A model generated the notes under the pieces. That model was given only the letters and a program-made list of their open reading frames with translations, ran no database searches and was not told the origin of the DNA. A DNA stretch of 64,000 nt from Verrucomicrobiota bacterium. GTDB lineage: Bacteria > Verrucomicrobiota > Verrucomicrobiia > Limisphaerales > Palsa-1400. The position numbers and the translations under genes are program-made. Position 1 is the stretch's first letter, and the number at the start of each line of letters is the position of its first letter. This document shows positions 28,315 to 37,999 of this stretch, piece by piece. The DNA lies in assembly GCA_049510745.1 (NCBI GenBank), contig JBEKYR010000004.1, forward strand, positions 128,001-192,000, in the 5' to 3' direction.

Positions 28315-31300
28315 TTATAGCCCTGCCTGGAAGAACTGGGCAACGCCAGTGGTCGAAGTCGTGTAGGACCCCGACACGCTCACACTGGTCCACGGCCCGT
28401 TCACGCTTGGCGCCGAGTACAGGGTGCCCGGCCCGGTTGTGCCGTCTGTCTGGTCCCAGGTTACCGTGACCGTGCCGTTTTTGTTATTGACGATCGTCAC
28501 ATTCGGTGGCAGCACCCGAACGATGACTGCCTCGACGCTGCCGCCTTGGGTGGAGAACGTCTGGTTCTGTCTCGTATAGTAAACTGGCGGAGACAGCACG
28601 TTGAAGCTGAATTGGGTGCCTGGGGCCGTGAAGGTGCCCACCACATACATATTGGCGCCCATTGACCACTGGGCAGAGACGTTGGCGAGATTGTTGGTAT
28701 CTTGCAGTTGCTGTGCGGGGAGGCTAATGGGGCCGCCGCGATCGTCCAGCCCGATCCACTGGAACGAATACCGTATTCCAGGCGTGAGGTTTTGCAATTG
28801 GGCCACAAAAGATGGAGGTACAACGCTGGCAGTCGGCGGGTAAACGAAGTTATCCAACACCGCGTCAAAGTTGGTGTCACCGGTTGTTTCGGCGTTGAAG
28901 GACCCGCCGACGCCGGCACTCCCCCCTGGGGTCAAAGTGGCCACTGAACCGTCAGTCACGAAGTTAACCACTATATTGCTGTTGTCCAGATACACGGTCT
29001 CGGCAGTGTTGCCGAGGGCTTCCGCCCCCACTATCAGCCCAGGAGGCGCCAGCAGTGTCGCTTCCGCAGTGGGGTTGGGATACTTCGGGGAATATATAAT
29101 CGGGGCTGGCGGCGAGAAGTGGATGCCGGTGACGCCGTTGAGAACAGTCAACGTGGCGGGCAGGCTGACGCTCGGCCCGTTGGCGTTGCTCACGGTGACC
29201 GTATAAGTGCCGGCATCACCGAATACGACCGGGTTGATGGTCAGCGCCGGGGAGTTGGCGCCGGAGATGCGCGTATTGTTCAGGATGTTGGCGCCGTTCA
29301 ACTCCCATTGGTAGGAAGTGATGGGCGCTGACGGATCACTGGCCGCCCGCACGACGAACGTCTGCGAGAAGGTGGAATAAACCGTGGCACTCAGCGGTGG
29401 GATGCCGATGAAAGGCGGCAGTCCGGCGAGATTCGCCGTCTGCAACTGGATGCCGTTCAAGATGCCGTTTGAGCCGGTAACCGTAAAGGACAGGTTTCCA
29501 GAGACGTCGGAGATGTTGGTGTTGACAAAGTAGTTGGCACCCAGGGTCAACGGGTCGCGGGGAATCCCCGCCACAACCCCGGAAACGCCGCCGCCGCTGA
29601 ACGTGCTTCCCTCAGCGGTTGAACTTCCGTTGTCGGCGCTATAATAGACGGCCTCATAGGCGGCGTTGGGATTCAGGCCGCTGATAGTCACTTTAAGTTC
29701 CGTGCCATCGGCGTAGCCCGCCATTAAGTTGTTTGTGGTCGTGTCGGCGTTATTCGGATCGTCAACGTAACCGCCGGCTACCACCGAAAACCCCAGCGGC
29801 GTCGGACCACCTGAGTAATCCTCCAGGTAGGACTTGGAGGCGCTATTGACATTGCCACCCCCGCTAACGACCTCATTCCACACGTCGCTCGGCAGGCCCA
29901 GCACCTGCTGCTGCCCTCCAGACACGGGGTTATTGAAGTCCGCGCTGATCGCAATGTTGACCAGCAACGGCCGGCCGCTAATGGTCAGGGTCGCAGGGCT
30001 GCTCATTGCCGGGGAGCCCCCTGTGCCGTTGACCGTGACGGTGTAAGTCGCCGCATCGGATGCGACGACTCCGTTAATGTCCAGCGTGTCTAAATGTGAG
30101 CCGGTGACGCGGCCACCATCGCTGAGAGCCACTCCGTTCGACTGCCACTGATAGCTCAACCCCGAGCCGATGGCCACCACGTGGAACCGGGCGATGCCTC
30201 CGAGGCTGACAGCCGGATCGGCGGGACCCCAAATGATGCTCGGGGCGACCGGCGGGCTGCCCACAGACGAGGCGTAAAGCGAGTAAATCTGGCTGCACGA
30301 CAGAGCCTGCCCAAAGACCGCGACATCAGCAATGGAGCCGTCGAAGTTGTTGGTGCCGCTCGCGTCCGCCGGATCGTCCCCGATCAAAGCGCTTCCGCTC
30401 CACGGTTCATTGGCGTTGCCATATTTAAAAACGTTGGCGGCAAGCGAACCGTTGTTATAAACGTAAGCCGTGGCTCTGGACGGTTCAACAACGAGGGCGA
30501 CGAACGACCAGGTGTTTTCCGGCACGATCAGACCGGAATTCCACTTCGAGGTATTCGGATCGCCATTATTCCAAAGGTAGCCCAGGGTATCGGTCGCTGG
30601 ACCGTAAATCAGACCCGCGCCCCTGGTTTTCACGCGCGTCAGCAACAGTGCCGTGCCGGGAGCCTGCGGCCCAGCCGGCTTGACCCAGGCGGTAATCGTA
30701 ACCGTGTTGGTGTTCAAATCCAGCGGCGGAACCGTGATGGACGAACCCGTCTCATTGAAGACAAAGCTCCCCGCGGTGTTTCCGACCTCGAATCCGCTAT
30801 AAGGCGAGATTGGCACGCCCGTTGCGCCCAACGTGGCGTTGCTGCCGACCCTGCCGTTAAGACCATTGATGTAATCCAAGGCAATTGCGCTGCCGACGGA
30901 ATCATTCAGCCGCCAGTACGCCACCGGATTAGCTGCATTGACCGCCATAGAGTAACCGGTGGGGGAAATCCCGGTGAGTGTGCTGGAGTTGGTGGCGGAG
31001 CCGTTCGCATTGCTGACGATCAAGCTGACGGTCGTAGCTCCGGCGGGAACATTGGCATAAACCAGCACGGGCGTTTGTGAACCCGAGACCCCGCCGCCGT
31101 CGGTCAGGTTAGCTCCATTTGCCTGCCATTGGTATGCCAGCCCGTTGTAGAAGGGATTGTTGGGGTTGCCGGGTTGGCTGGTAGTCATCAGTATATTGGG
31201 AACGCCGGCGGCGATGGTCGCATAATGCACCGTGCGCCCTGCGTATATCGTCTGGTTCACTGGCGGCAGATAGATAACAGGATTGGAAGGCGCCACTTGA

Positions 31301-31992
31301 AGCTGCAAGCCGTTCCAAGGAGCCACCCAGCCGTTACCCCCCACCCCAGCGCCGACCGTGTAAACGACGGTGCCGGCGCCGTCCGATGCCATTACGGTTT
31401 CGTCGAAATTCTGGCCGTCAATAAAGTGTGAATTGTTGACGAGATTGGCGTTCGTGGTCCAACAAACATTGGTTACGGTGCCGGCGTCGTTGGTCCAAGT
31501 GACCATGGCGCCTTGCCCGTTGCCATTGCCGTTGCCGTAATTAATCACGACATAATTTGTGTTTGGAATCAGGCCCGTGAATATCACTGTTTTTGTGTTT
31601 CCAAACGTGTACTGTCCCAGCACGCCGACTGTGGCATCCGTCGGGTCCAACGGATCTGTGCCCCCCCACCCAGTGCCGCCTGAGATCTCGACCGTAACAC
31701 CCGTGGTATTCCCCTGCACATCCAAAAGGGGGCCGAGGACGACGTCGCCGCCGCCTCCCATTCCCTGCCAGATATCACCGGGAAGACCCAACGCGCCGGC
31801 GCCGCTCATCGTAAAACCAGCGGTATAGTAAATATCGATCAAGTTCAAGCTTGATTGGGCAAATGAAACCGTCTGTATGGCGGCGGCCAAAACAAAACCG
31901 GTTATCAAGGGAAGCAATCGGCGCCAGCCTGCCCGCTGTTGGGGCACGCCACGTGGATCCGGTAAAGGCAGAGTGTGGGTTCGGTGTTTCAT
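28315..31992 (-). CDS. Secreted Ig-like repeat + LamG (ConA-like) surface protein
   Basis: Three Ig-like units (YQWQ/YQWE...YTVTV), PVAYWRLND...FDGSIADVAVF LamG domain, short C-terminal tail. Start placed at ATG 31992. Confidence 0.8.
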   Translation of the reverse strand: MKHRTHTLPLPDPRGVPQQRAGWRRLLPLITGFVLAAAIQTVSFAQSSLNLIDIYYTAGFTMSGAGALGLPGDIWQGMGGGGDVVLGPLLDVQGNTTGVTVEISGGTGWGGTDPLDPTDATVGVLGQYTFGNTKTVIFTGLIPNTNYVVINYGNGNGNGQGAMVTWTNDAGTVTNVCWTTNANLVNNSHFIDGQNFDETVMASDGAGTVVYTVGAGVGGNGWVAPWNGLQLQVAPSNPVIYLPPVNQTIYAGRTVHYATIAAGVPNILMTTSQPGNPNNPFYNGLAYQWQANGANLTDGGGVSGSQTPVLVYANVPAGATTVSLIVSNANGSATNSSTLTGISPTGYSMAVNAANPVAYWRLNDSVGSAIALDYINGLNGRVGSNATLGATGVPISPYSGFEVGNTAGSFVFNETGSSITVPPLDLNTNTVTITAWVKPAGPQAPGTALLLTRVKTRGAGLIYGPATDTLGYLWNNGDPNTSKWNSGLIVPENTWSFVALVVEPSRATAYVYNNGSLAANVFKYGNANEPWSGSALIGDDPADASGTNNFDGSIADVAVFGQALSCSQIYSLYASSVGSPPVAPSIIWGPADPAVSLGGIARFHVVAIGSGLSYQWQSNGVALSDGGRVTGSHLDTLDINGVVASDAATYTVTVNGTGGSPAMSSPATLTISGRPLLVNIAISADFNNPVSGGQQQVLGLPSDVWNEVVSGGGNVNSASKSYLEDYSGGPTPLGFSVVAGGYVDDPNNADTTTNNLMAGYADGTELKVTISGLNPNAAYEAVYYSADNGSSTAEGSTFSGGGVSGVVAGIPRDPLTLGANYFVNTNISDVSGNLSFTVTGSNGILNGIQLQTANLAGLPPFIGIPPLSATVYSTFSQTFVVRAASDPSAPITSYQWELNGANILNNTRISGANSPALTINPVVFGDAGTYTVTVSNANGPSVSLPATLTVLNGVTGIHFSPPAPIIYSPKYPNPTAEATLLAPPGLIVGAEALGNTAETVYLDNSNIVVNFVTDGSVATLTPGGSAGVGGSFNAETTGDTNFDAVLDNFVYPPTASVVPPSFVAQLQNLTPGIRYSFQWIGLDDRGGPISLPAQQLQDTNNLANVSAQWSMGANMYVVGTFTAPGTQFSFNVLSPPVYYTRQNQTFSTQGGSVEAVIVRVLPPNVTIVNNKNGTVTVTWDQTDGTTGPGTLYSAPSVNGPWTSVSVSGSYTTSTTGVAQFFQAGL

Positions 31993-32123
31993 AGTGTGTT
32001 TTGCGTTATTGTTTAACCTAACTTTCACATGTCGTTCGTCGCGCCAGTGGTGACCGCGGGTCACTCACGATATGGCACCACTGGACTTGATGGACATGAT
32101 AAGCAGATTTCCGAACTGGAGAA

Positions 32124-32143
32124 AATATGACATGTGTCATATT
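32124..32143. promoter_or_regulatory. Palindromic operator AATATGACA-TG-TGTCATATT
   Basis: Perfect 9-bp arms about 130 bp upstream of the LamG gene; related copies at 37078 and 44789. Confidence 0.6.
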
Positions 32144-32147
32144 CCGC

Positions 32148-32210
32148 CCGGTTACCCCATTGACCCTGCCGTTTACCCCATTGGCCCTGCCGGTTGCCCC
32201 ATCCGTGCGT
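32148..32210 (+). repeat. Three tandem 21-bp imperfect repeats
   Basis: CCGGTTACCCCATTGACCCTG / CCGTTTACCCCATTGGCCCTG / CCGGTTGCCCCATCCGTGCGT at 32148, 32169 and 32190. Confidence 0.8.
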
Positions 32211-32676
32211 GCGGTTCCGCCTTATTCATGTGCGGAGATACTTGGCGGCCGCCTCGGTTCGGCAGCGAACGTGAAGCTCCCTGAAGATGATTTTTGCGTC
32301 CCCCCTCATCCTTCCACCAGCGCCGATCGCGCTTTCCATTGACCTTGGGGAACTCCACGCCCCACCCATCTATGCCGTTATTTTTCTGCGGGACCGCTTT
32401 CATGATTGCCTTTCTGATTGTATTAGAGGGGGTTACGAGTTTTTGTATAAGTGGTTGGAATCCAGGTTAATAGGACGAAAAACTGTGTTTGTCACAAAAA
32501 GCCGGACGCAACGGTTTCAAATGGGTAGCCTCTTTGGTCATGAACGCGCTACCGTTGACGGGCACCCACCAATTGCTCACCTTACCTCCATTAAACATGG
32601 GTAAAAGTCCTCCATCCGCAACGCTGAATCTCTTGAATCAATTTCGGGTAAAGCTCACGTTTTGCGCCATATTGGC

Positions 32677-35600
32677 TTACGGCTGGCGCAGCAGATAGAA
32701 CCGCTGCGGCTCGTTGGCGTTGATGGCGTTAAAAACGCTGAAGCAGCCATTGCCGTCAAAGTTGCCGGCGCCGACTTGTGTCCAGTTGCTGAGTGGCATC
32801 GCCAAGTTGGTGGAGGACAAAACCCCGTAGGTGCCGCCCGGCCAACCGTTTGTGCCGCTGAACACCACATTGCCACCGGCAATCGAAGTATTGACGATAT
32901 GCGGTTGCGGAAGCGCCCAGGCGCCGACTTGAGCCGAGTTGGCGCTCTCGCCGAAGGCGTTTAACGCCGAGACGACGTAGTAATAGGCTGTGCCACCGAT
33001 CAGGCCGATGTCGGCGTAGTTCGTCGTGGTGACGTTGGCGACGGTGGTGTAAGGGCCGCCGTTGGTCAGCGAGCGTTCCACGTTGTAACTGGTCGCGTTG
33101 GAAGAAGCGTTCCAGGCCAGATTGATCTGGCTGGCGGATACGCCCAGCGCGCTCAGGCCGCTCGGAGGGAACACAGGAATGGACCACTGATAGCCATCAA
33201 ACTGCAACTCGGCCACGTTGCAATAACCGCCGGCAGGCGAAAGATAGCGGACATAGCGAAACGCCGCGGTATTGGTGATGGTTGCCGGCGTGAACACGCC
33301 CGTGGCCGGCTGCGCCGTCACGGTGCATAGCGTGACCGCGCCGCTGAAGGCCGCCTGGCTGGCGCCCTGGAAAATGCCGCCCACCATGCGCGATTCAGAA
33401 CCGGCGCGCGGACAATAGTTGATTTCCGTGATGACGTTGCTCACGCCCGCGCCAAAATCCAGCCCGACCCAGCAACCGTTTGCAGTGGGAGCGTCGAAGA
33501 ACGTGGCCAGGTTGTTGTCAAAAACATTGGTGATGGTGTTGCCTTCGTTGTCCCACGAGCCCGGCGTGCCGATGATGGCGCCGGTGAGCTTGGGGAAGCT
33601 CAACGCCGCTTGGGGGCCGTCAGGGGTTTCGCGGCCGGCGACTATGGCGCAGACCACGTAATAGCATCCGGCGCTGACAGGCGCCTCGATGTCAGTGTAG
33701 TTGGTGGTGGTGACGCCGGTGGCGATGGTCGTATAAGGGCCGCCGCTGGTGGTCGAGAGTTTGACGTTGTAACTGGTGGCGTTGGTCAGAGCGTTCCAGG
33801 TGAGGTTGACCTGGCTGCCGGACACCGCGAGGGCATCGGCCGCCAGAGGCGTAGGCGGCCAGCCTGGCGCGCTCACGTTATCAAACGTTGCCGCGCATAA
33901 GTCTGAGTTGTTATGACTGGTGACCGCCAAACCGACATACGCGGTGGAGACATTGGTCAACGTCGTGCTTCCAAGCTGCGTCCAGTTGGAGCCATGCGGG
34001 GAATAGTATCCGGTGAACGTGTTGCTGCTGCGCGTGAGCTTGACCCAGTAGGGCGCGCTCAGGCCGGGCGTGTTCTTGTTGTTGCAGTCCCCGCCGTCGC
34101 TCGAACGGTATTGAAAGGTCACGCCGTTGCCCGGCGTCACGGCAATGAACGCGTTGGCCGCGCCGGGATCCAGGCTGTCACGCATCATCACGCCGGCTTT
34201 GGACCACGGATCGATGTTCTGCAAAGAGACGACGCGGGCGATAATGTCACAGTTTCCGCCGTTGGTCTCCACATAAACGAAGCGGAAGGCGTCGGCCGCG
34301 TTCCAGATGTCGTCCCCGGACCCGGTCACCGTGAACACGCCGTTGGTGAGACCCGCACTGCCCCACACGCCCACTGTGCCCAGGTCCTGCGTCATCCAGG
34401 GCAAAGGCACATTGACGGTTGGGGTCGCACTGGCCTGGGCCGAGTTGTCGCTCTCGCCAGCGGTGCTACTGACCGCCGAGACGACGTAGTAATAGGTGGT
34501 GCGTCCGATCAGCCCGGTGTTGGTGTAGTTCGTCGTGGTGACATTGGCGATGGTCGTGTAAGGCCCGCCGCTGGTGGTGGCCTGTTTCACGTTGTAACTG
34601 GTGGCGTTGGTGGAAGCCCTCCAGCTCAAGGCCACCTGCTCGATGCCGGCTATTGCAACCAATCCGGCCGGCGTCGGCGCAGGCGGAGGCGCCCAGCCTG
34701 GCCCAGTCACGTGGTCAAACGTTGCCGTGCATAAGGTATAGGCGTCATGGCCGGTGACCGCCAAACCGATATACGCCGTGGAGGCCATGGCCAACGTCGT
34801 GCTTCCAAGCTGTGTCCAGCTCTCGCCATCTGTGGAGTAGTATCCGGTGAACGTGTTGCCGTTGCGGACGAGTTTGACCCAGCAGGGCGCGGTCAAGCCG
34901 CTCGCGCTGTTCGAGCTTGTCCCGCCGCCGGTGCTCGAACGGTATTGCCAGGTCACGCCGTTGCCCGGCGTCACGGCGATCAAGGCGTTGGCCGCGTTGT
35001 CCGCCAGGCTCTCGCGGATCATCACACCGGCTTTTGACCACGGATTAATGTTCTCAACCGAGGCAGAGGTAACGCGGGCAATGATGGTGCAATTGCCGTT
35101 GGTGGACACATGGACAAAACGGAATGCGTCGGCCGTGTTTCCGATGTCCGCTCCGCATCCAATCACCGTGAACACGCCGTTGGTAAAACTCTCCCCGCCC
35201 GTCAACCCCCCCGCGCCTATGTCCTGCGTCAGCCAGGGAGAAGGCACATTGACGGTTGGGATCACACTGGCCTGGCCCGAGTTGGCGCTCTCGCCACCCA
35301 GGTTCAGCGCCGACACCACGTAGTAATAGGTTGTGCCACCGATCACGGTTGTGCCACCAATCACTCCGGTGTCGGTGTAGTTCGTCCCCGCCACGTTGGC
35401 GACGGGGGTGTAAGGCCCGCCGTTGGTGGTGGCCCGTTTCACGTTGTAAGTGGTGGCGTTGGTGATGGCAGTCCATCGCAACACCGCTTGCTCGGCGCCG
35501 GCTCTTGCAACTAAACTGCCTGGCGCCAGCGGTGGAGTCGGCAGGGTGGTGCAATTGAACGTCCACCACTCGACGTTGAACAGGTAACCGCTGCCGCCGG

Positions 35601-36822
35601 TGAATTTCAGGTATAAGTCATGTATCCCGGCAGCGCCGCTGACTGCACAGGATCGGGTTACCCAAGTTTGCCAGCCGCCGGTGCCCGGCACGGCGCAGGT
35701 TCCCACCAGCGTCCCGTTGGTGCTGTCGAGGCGGAGTTCAATGTTCCCGCCACTGGTGGCCGAGGCCACTCTGGCATTGAAGGAAACCGCGCCGACGCCG
35801 AAATCAACGTTGTTGAAGACAAGATAGTTCCCATTCTGAATAGTTCCGACGTCCTGCCCGCCTTCGCTGCAAGTTTCAGGCACGACTCCTCCCACTTGAA
35901 TGTCGTAAGTCACCGCTGCGACCTGCGAATAGGCTGAACGCGGGCACGGCGGATACCTGAATCCAGCCGCGTCCGCCATTTGGAGAAAGTTCCACATGGC
36001 AGGTCTCCACACGCCGGCATCGTGGCCTTCTCCCAAGACGGGCAACCAGCCATGGGGAATATTATTGGAAACGCAATAGTTATGTAAATCCTGGCTGGGA
36101 GGATAAAAGCCATCCCAATCCGCAGTCCCGCAGGTAAGAAGCAGGCATTTCAGCACCTGTTTAGCCTGGGCCCCGCCATTAGGAAACAAACCCGGACCCT
36201 GGCCGCTGCTGAAAAACGCCGGGGAAGACGGGCTGATATTGTGGAATGTGTTCAGATTTGCACACCCTATATCTGCGCAATACATGCCGCCCCAGGAATA
36301 GCCGTAAACCCCCCGATGATCGGCGTCAGCATAAGTGGAATAATGTGAATCAATGTAAGGGATAACGCAGTTGATCGTATCAGCGCTGGGACTTCCGTTG
36401 ACTTGATCGTTCACTGCCACTATGATCAGGGGCTTGATTATCCCCTGGCCAATGAGATTATCGGCCACAACACCCGAATAGACGCACCAGTCGTCGAAGA
36501 TAGTGTCGATGCCGGCGCCGATGCCCTGATAGGCGTAAATGACGCCGTACTTTTGGCTCGTGTTATACCCCGGCGGCGTGTAAACCATCATCTGAACGTT
36601 GGTCCCATACACCGACGAATAATAGGTGATGGTATTAACCGCGCCCGCCGGGTAAAGGCCCCCCGTGTCATAGTTTGTTGACGGGGGCATGATTGGAAGC
36701 GGTTGCGCCATTATAAATCCAGGCATGGCGAGAAGTCCCGCCAGAGTGACAAAGGCTTGTCTCATTTTCCTGCCTAATTCAATGATCGATGTTGTTCGTT
36801 TCATTTGTGGTTTTCCTTTCAT
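32677..36822 (-). CDS. Modular secreted esterase: CE1 (feruloyl esterase-like) + CBM6 + FN3 and duplicated beta-sandwich modules + C-terminal tail
   Basis: VYTPPGY, GYSWGG nucleophile, GHDAGVW; CBM6 (VDFG...GGWQTW...HDLYLKF); four FN3-like repeats; two KAGVMxR modules. Start codon uncertain. Confidence 0.85.
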   Translation of the reverse strand: MKGKPQMKRTTSIIELGRKMRQAFVTLAGLLAMPGFIMAQPLPIMPPSTNYDTGGLYPAGAVNTITYYSSVYGTNVQMMVYTPPGYNTSQKYGVIYAYQGIGAGIDTIFDDWCVYSGVVADNLIGQGIIKPLIIVAVNDQVNGSPSADTINCVIPYIDSHYSTYADADHRGVYGYSWGGMYCADIGCANLNTFHNISPSSPAFFSSGQGPGLFPNGGAQAKQVLKCLLLTCGTADWDGFYPPSQDLHNYCVSNNIPHGWLPVLGEGHDAGVWRPAMWNFLQMADAAGFRYPPCPRSAYSQVAAVTYDIQVGGVVPETCSEGGQDVGTIQNGNYLVFNNVDFGVGAVSFNARVASATSGGNIELRLDSTNGTLVGTCAVPGTGGWQTWVTRSCAVSGAAGIHDLYLKFTGGSGYLFNVEWWTFNCTTLPTPPLAPGSLVARAGAEQAVLRWTAITNATTYNVKRATTNGGPYTPVANVAGTNYTDTGVIGGTTVIGGTTYYYVVSALNLGGESANSGQASVIPTVNVPSPWLTQDIGAGGLTGGESFTNGVFTVIGCGADIGNTADAFRFVHVSTNGNCTIIARVTSASVENINPWSKAGVMIRESLADNAANALIAVTPGNGVTWQYRSSTGGGTSSNSASGLTAPCWVKLVRNGNTFTGYYSTDGESWTQLGSTTLAMASTAYIGLAVTGHDAYTLCTATFDHVTGPGWAPPPAPTPAGLVAIAGIEQVALSWRASTNATSYNVKQATTSGGPYTTIANVTTTNYTNTGLIGRTTYYYVVSAVSSTAGESDNSAQASATPTVNVPLPWMTQDLGTVGVWGSAGLTNGVFTVTGSGDDIWNAADAFRFVYVETNGGNCDIIARVVSLQNIDPWSKAGVMMRDSLDPGAANAFIAVTPGNGVTFQYRSSDGGDCNNKNTPGLSAPYWVKLTRSSNTFTGYYSPHGSNWTQLGSTTLTNVSTAYVGLAVTSHNNSDLCAATFDNVSAPGWPPTPLAADALAVSGSQVNLTWNALTNATSYNVKLSTTSGGPYTTIATGVTTTNYTDIEAPVSAGCYYVVCAIVAGRETPDGPQAALSFPKLTGAIIGTPGSWDNEGNTITNVFDNNLATFFDAPTANGCWVGLDFGAGVSNVITEINYCPRAGSESRMVGGIFQGASQAAFSGAVTLCTVTAQPATGVFTPATITNTAAFRYVRYLSPAGGYCNVAELQFDGYQWSIPVFPPSGLSALGVSASQINLAWNASSNATSYNVERSLTNGGPYTTVANVTTTNYADIGLIGGTAYYYVVSALNAFGESANSAQVGAWALPQPHIVNTSIAGGNVVFSGTNGWPGGTYGVLSSTNLAMPLSNWTQVGAGNFDGNGCFSVFNAINANEPQRFYLLRQP

Positions 36823-36904
36823 TTCATTTGCCGTTAACAGTCAAAATCGTCAGCATCTTCATGTCAGACATATTCATTGTGAGCCGCAACAGCCGCTTCG
36901 ATGC

Positions 36905-37003
36905 TTATGGCTGGCGCAGCAGATAGAACCGCTGCGGCTCGTGCCGGAGGCGTGGAGGCGCTCCGCGCGCGCATGAAATCAGAACGGCGATTGATATCGT
37001 CAT
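36905..37003 (-). pseudogene. Collapsed remnant of a secreted-protein gene (signal-like N-terminus joined to the C-terminal tail)
   Basis: 32-aa ORF MTISIAVLISCARGAPPRLRHEPQRFYLLRQP*; 36903-36942 matches 32675-32714 at 39/40 nt. Confidence 0.7.
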
Positions 37004-37077
37004 GATGCGCGTGAAAGTCCTCCATTCATAACACTAAATCTACCCTATCATGTTCAGGTGAAGTCACGTTTCAGCAA

Positions 37078-37095
37078 ATATGACAAATGACATAT
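37078..37095. promoter_or_regulatory. Operator copy ATATGACA-AA-TGACATAT
   Basis: One arm mismatch to the 32125 palindrome; lies upstream of the remnant and the esterase gene. Confidence 0.5.
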
Positions 37096-37650
37096 AGCGG
37101 TCTGGTGTCCGCTTCAGGCAAGCTGAAAATAACTTCCGAGTGGCGGCATCGACTCAGAAAAGACCCTGACGTCGCTTCCCCCGCCGGCGCAATCGTCCTG
37201 CGTGTGGAAAGCACAGAATTGATCACAGGCAGTGCTCTGACAGGGCGGCAGGCGGGACCGGGGAAGTTTTTGATGGTTGGATTTGCCGCGGGTCTGCTGA
37301 CTCGGCAATTTCGCAAGGCGATTACAGAACGTTTGGTCAGGGTTGGCTCGCACCGCTTTGAACGGCGAGCAAGTGCGGAGCTGTTGTGTTGCAGAGCTAA
37401 ACCTGGCCAGCCGGAAAAACTCCCATGAATCTGGTTCATGGCTGCGGTTACAATTGTGTTTCGACAACACCTCCATCTGCCGAATGTTATATTGTCGCAC
37501 TGCAATAAATCGTGTAATGTTAATATGCTTCGAACACAATTGGTCCGCCGCCCTGGTGCCGCATGAGGTGAGTGGGGGCGGCGGAGTTTAAAGTCGAAAT
37601 CTCGTTCATGGAGAATCGCACCTACGACCTGAATTCAAACAACACCCTAC

Positions 37651-37908
37651 ATGAGAAAACGTCTGTCCTTCATTTTGATCATTGGAGTTTTGGCCATGTC
37701 CGTTGCCTCCGCAGAGGCCGCGGTTACCGCATCGAAGGAGTTGCCCGATGGGGCGCAGTTCACCGTTAATGGCGGCACGCTCCGCATCCAGTTCTGGTCG
37801 GAGGACATTGTCCGCGTCACCTACGGCAGTGCAGCCGAGCTGCCGGCGCTCAAGAGCCTTTCCGTCGTCGCCAGTCCGGCAGCCGTTCATTGGTGGAAAT
37901 CTGAGTAA
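37651..37908 (+). pseudogene. N-terminal fragment of a GH31 alpha-xylosidase/glucosidase-like gene
   Basis: Signal peptide plus LRIQFWSEDIVRVTY...KSLSVV (GH31 N-terminal-like), stopping at 85 aa with no catalytic domain. Confidence 0.6.
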
Positions 37909-37999
37909 ATCAAAATAAAAAGAGGCTGACATGATTGGTCGTCTTTTGCATTTGTCATGTTTCCGCAGGATATGCCGTTCTGTTCTGGCGGGCAAGACA

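Noticed and set aside
32148..32210. Possible CRISPR mini-array
   Set aside because: Repeats are contiguous 21-mers with no unique spacers, and no cas genes are present.
32287..32604. 105-aa plus-strand ORF
   Set aside because: Lower-GC composition and no family signature; cannot be supported as a gene.
37087..37591. Short ORFs (82-144 aa) on both strands
   Set aside because: No recognisable motifs; mutually overlapping; region looks intergenic or degraded.
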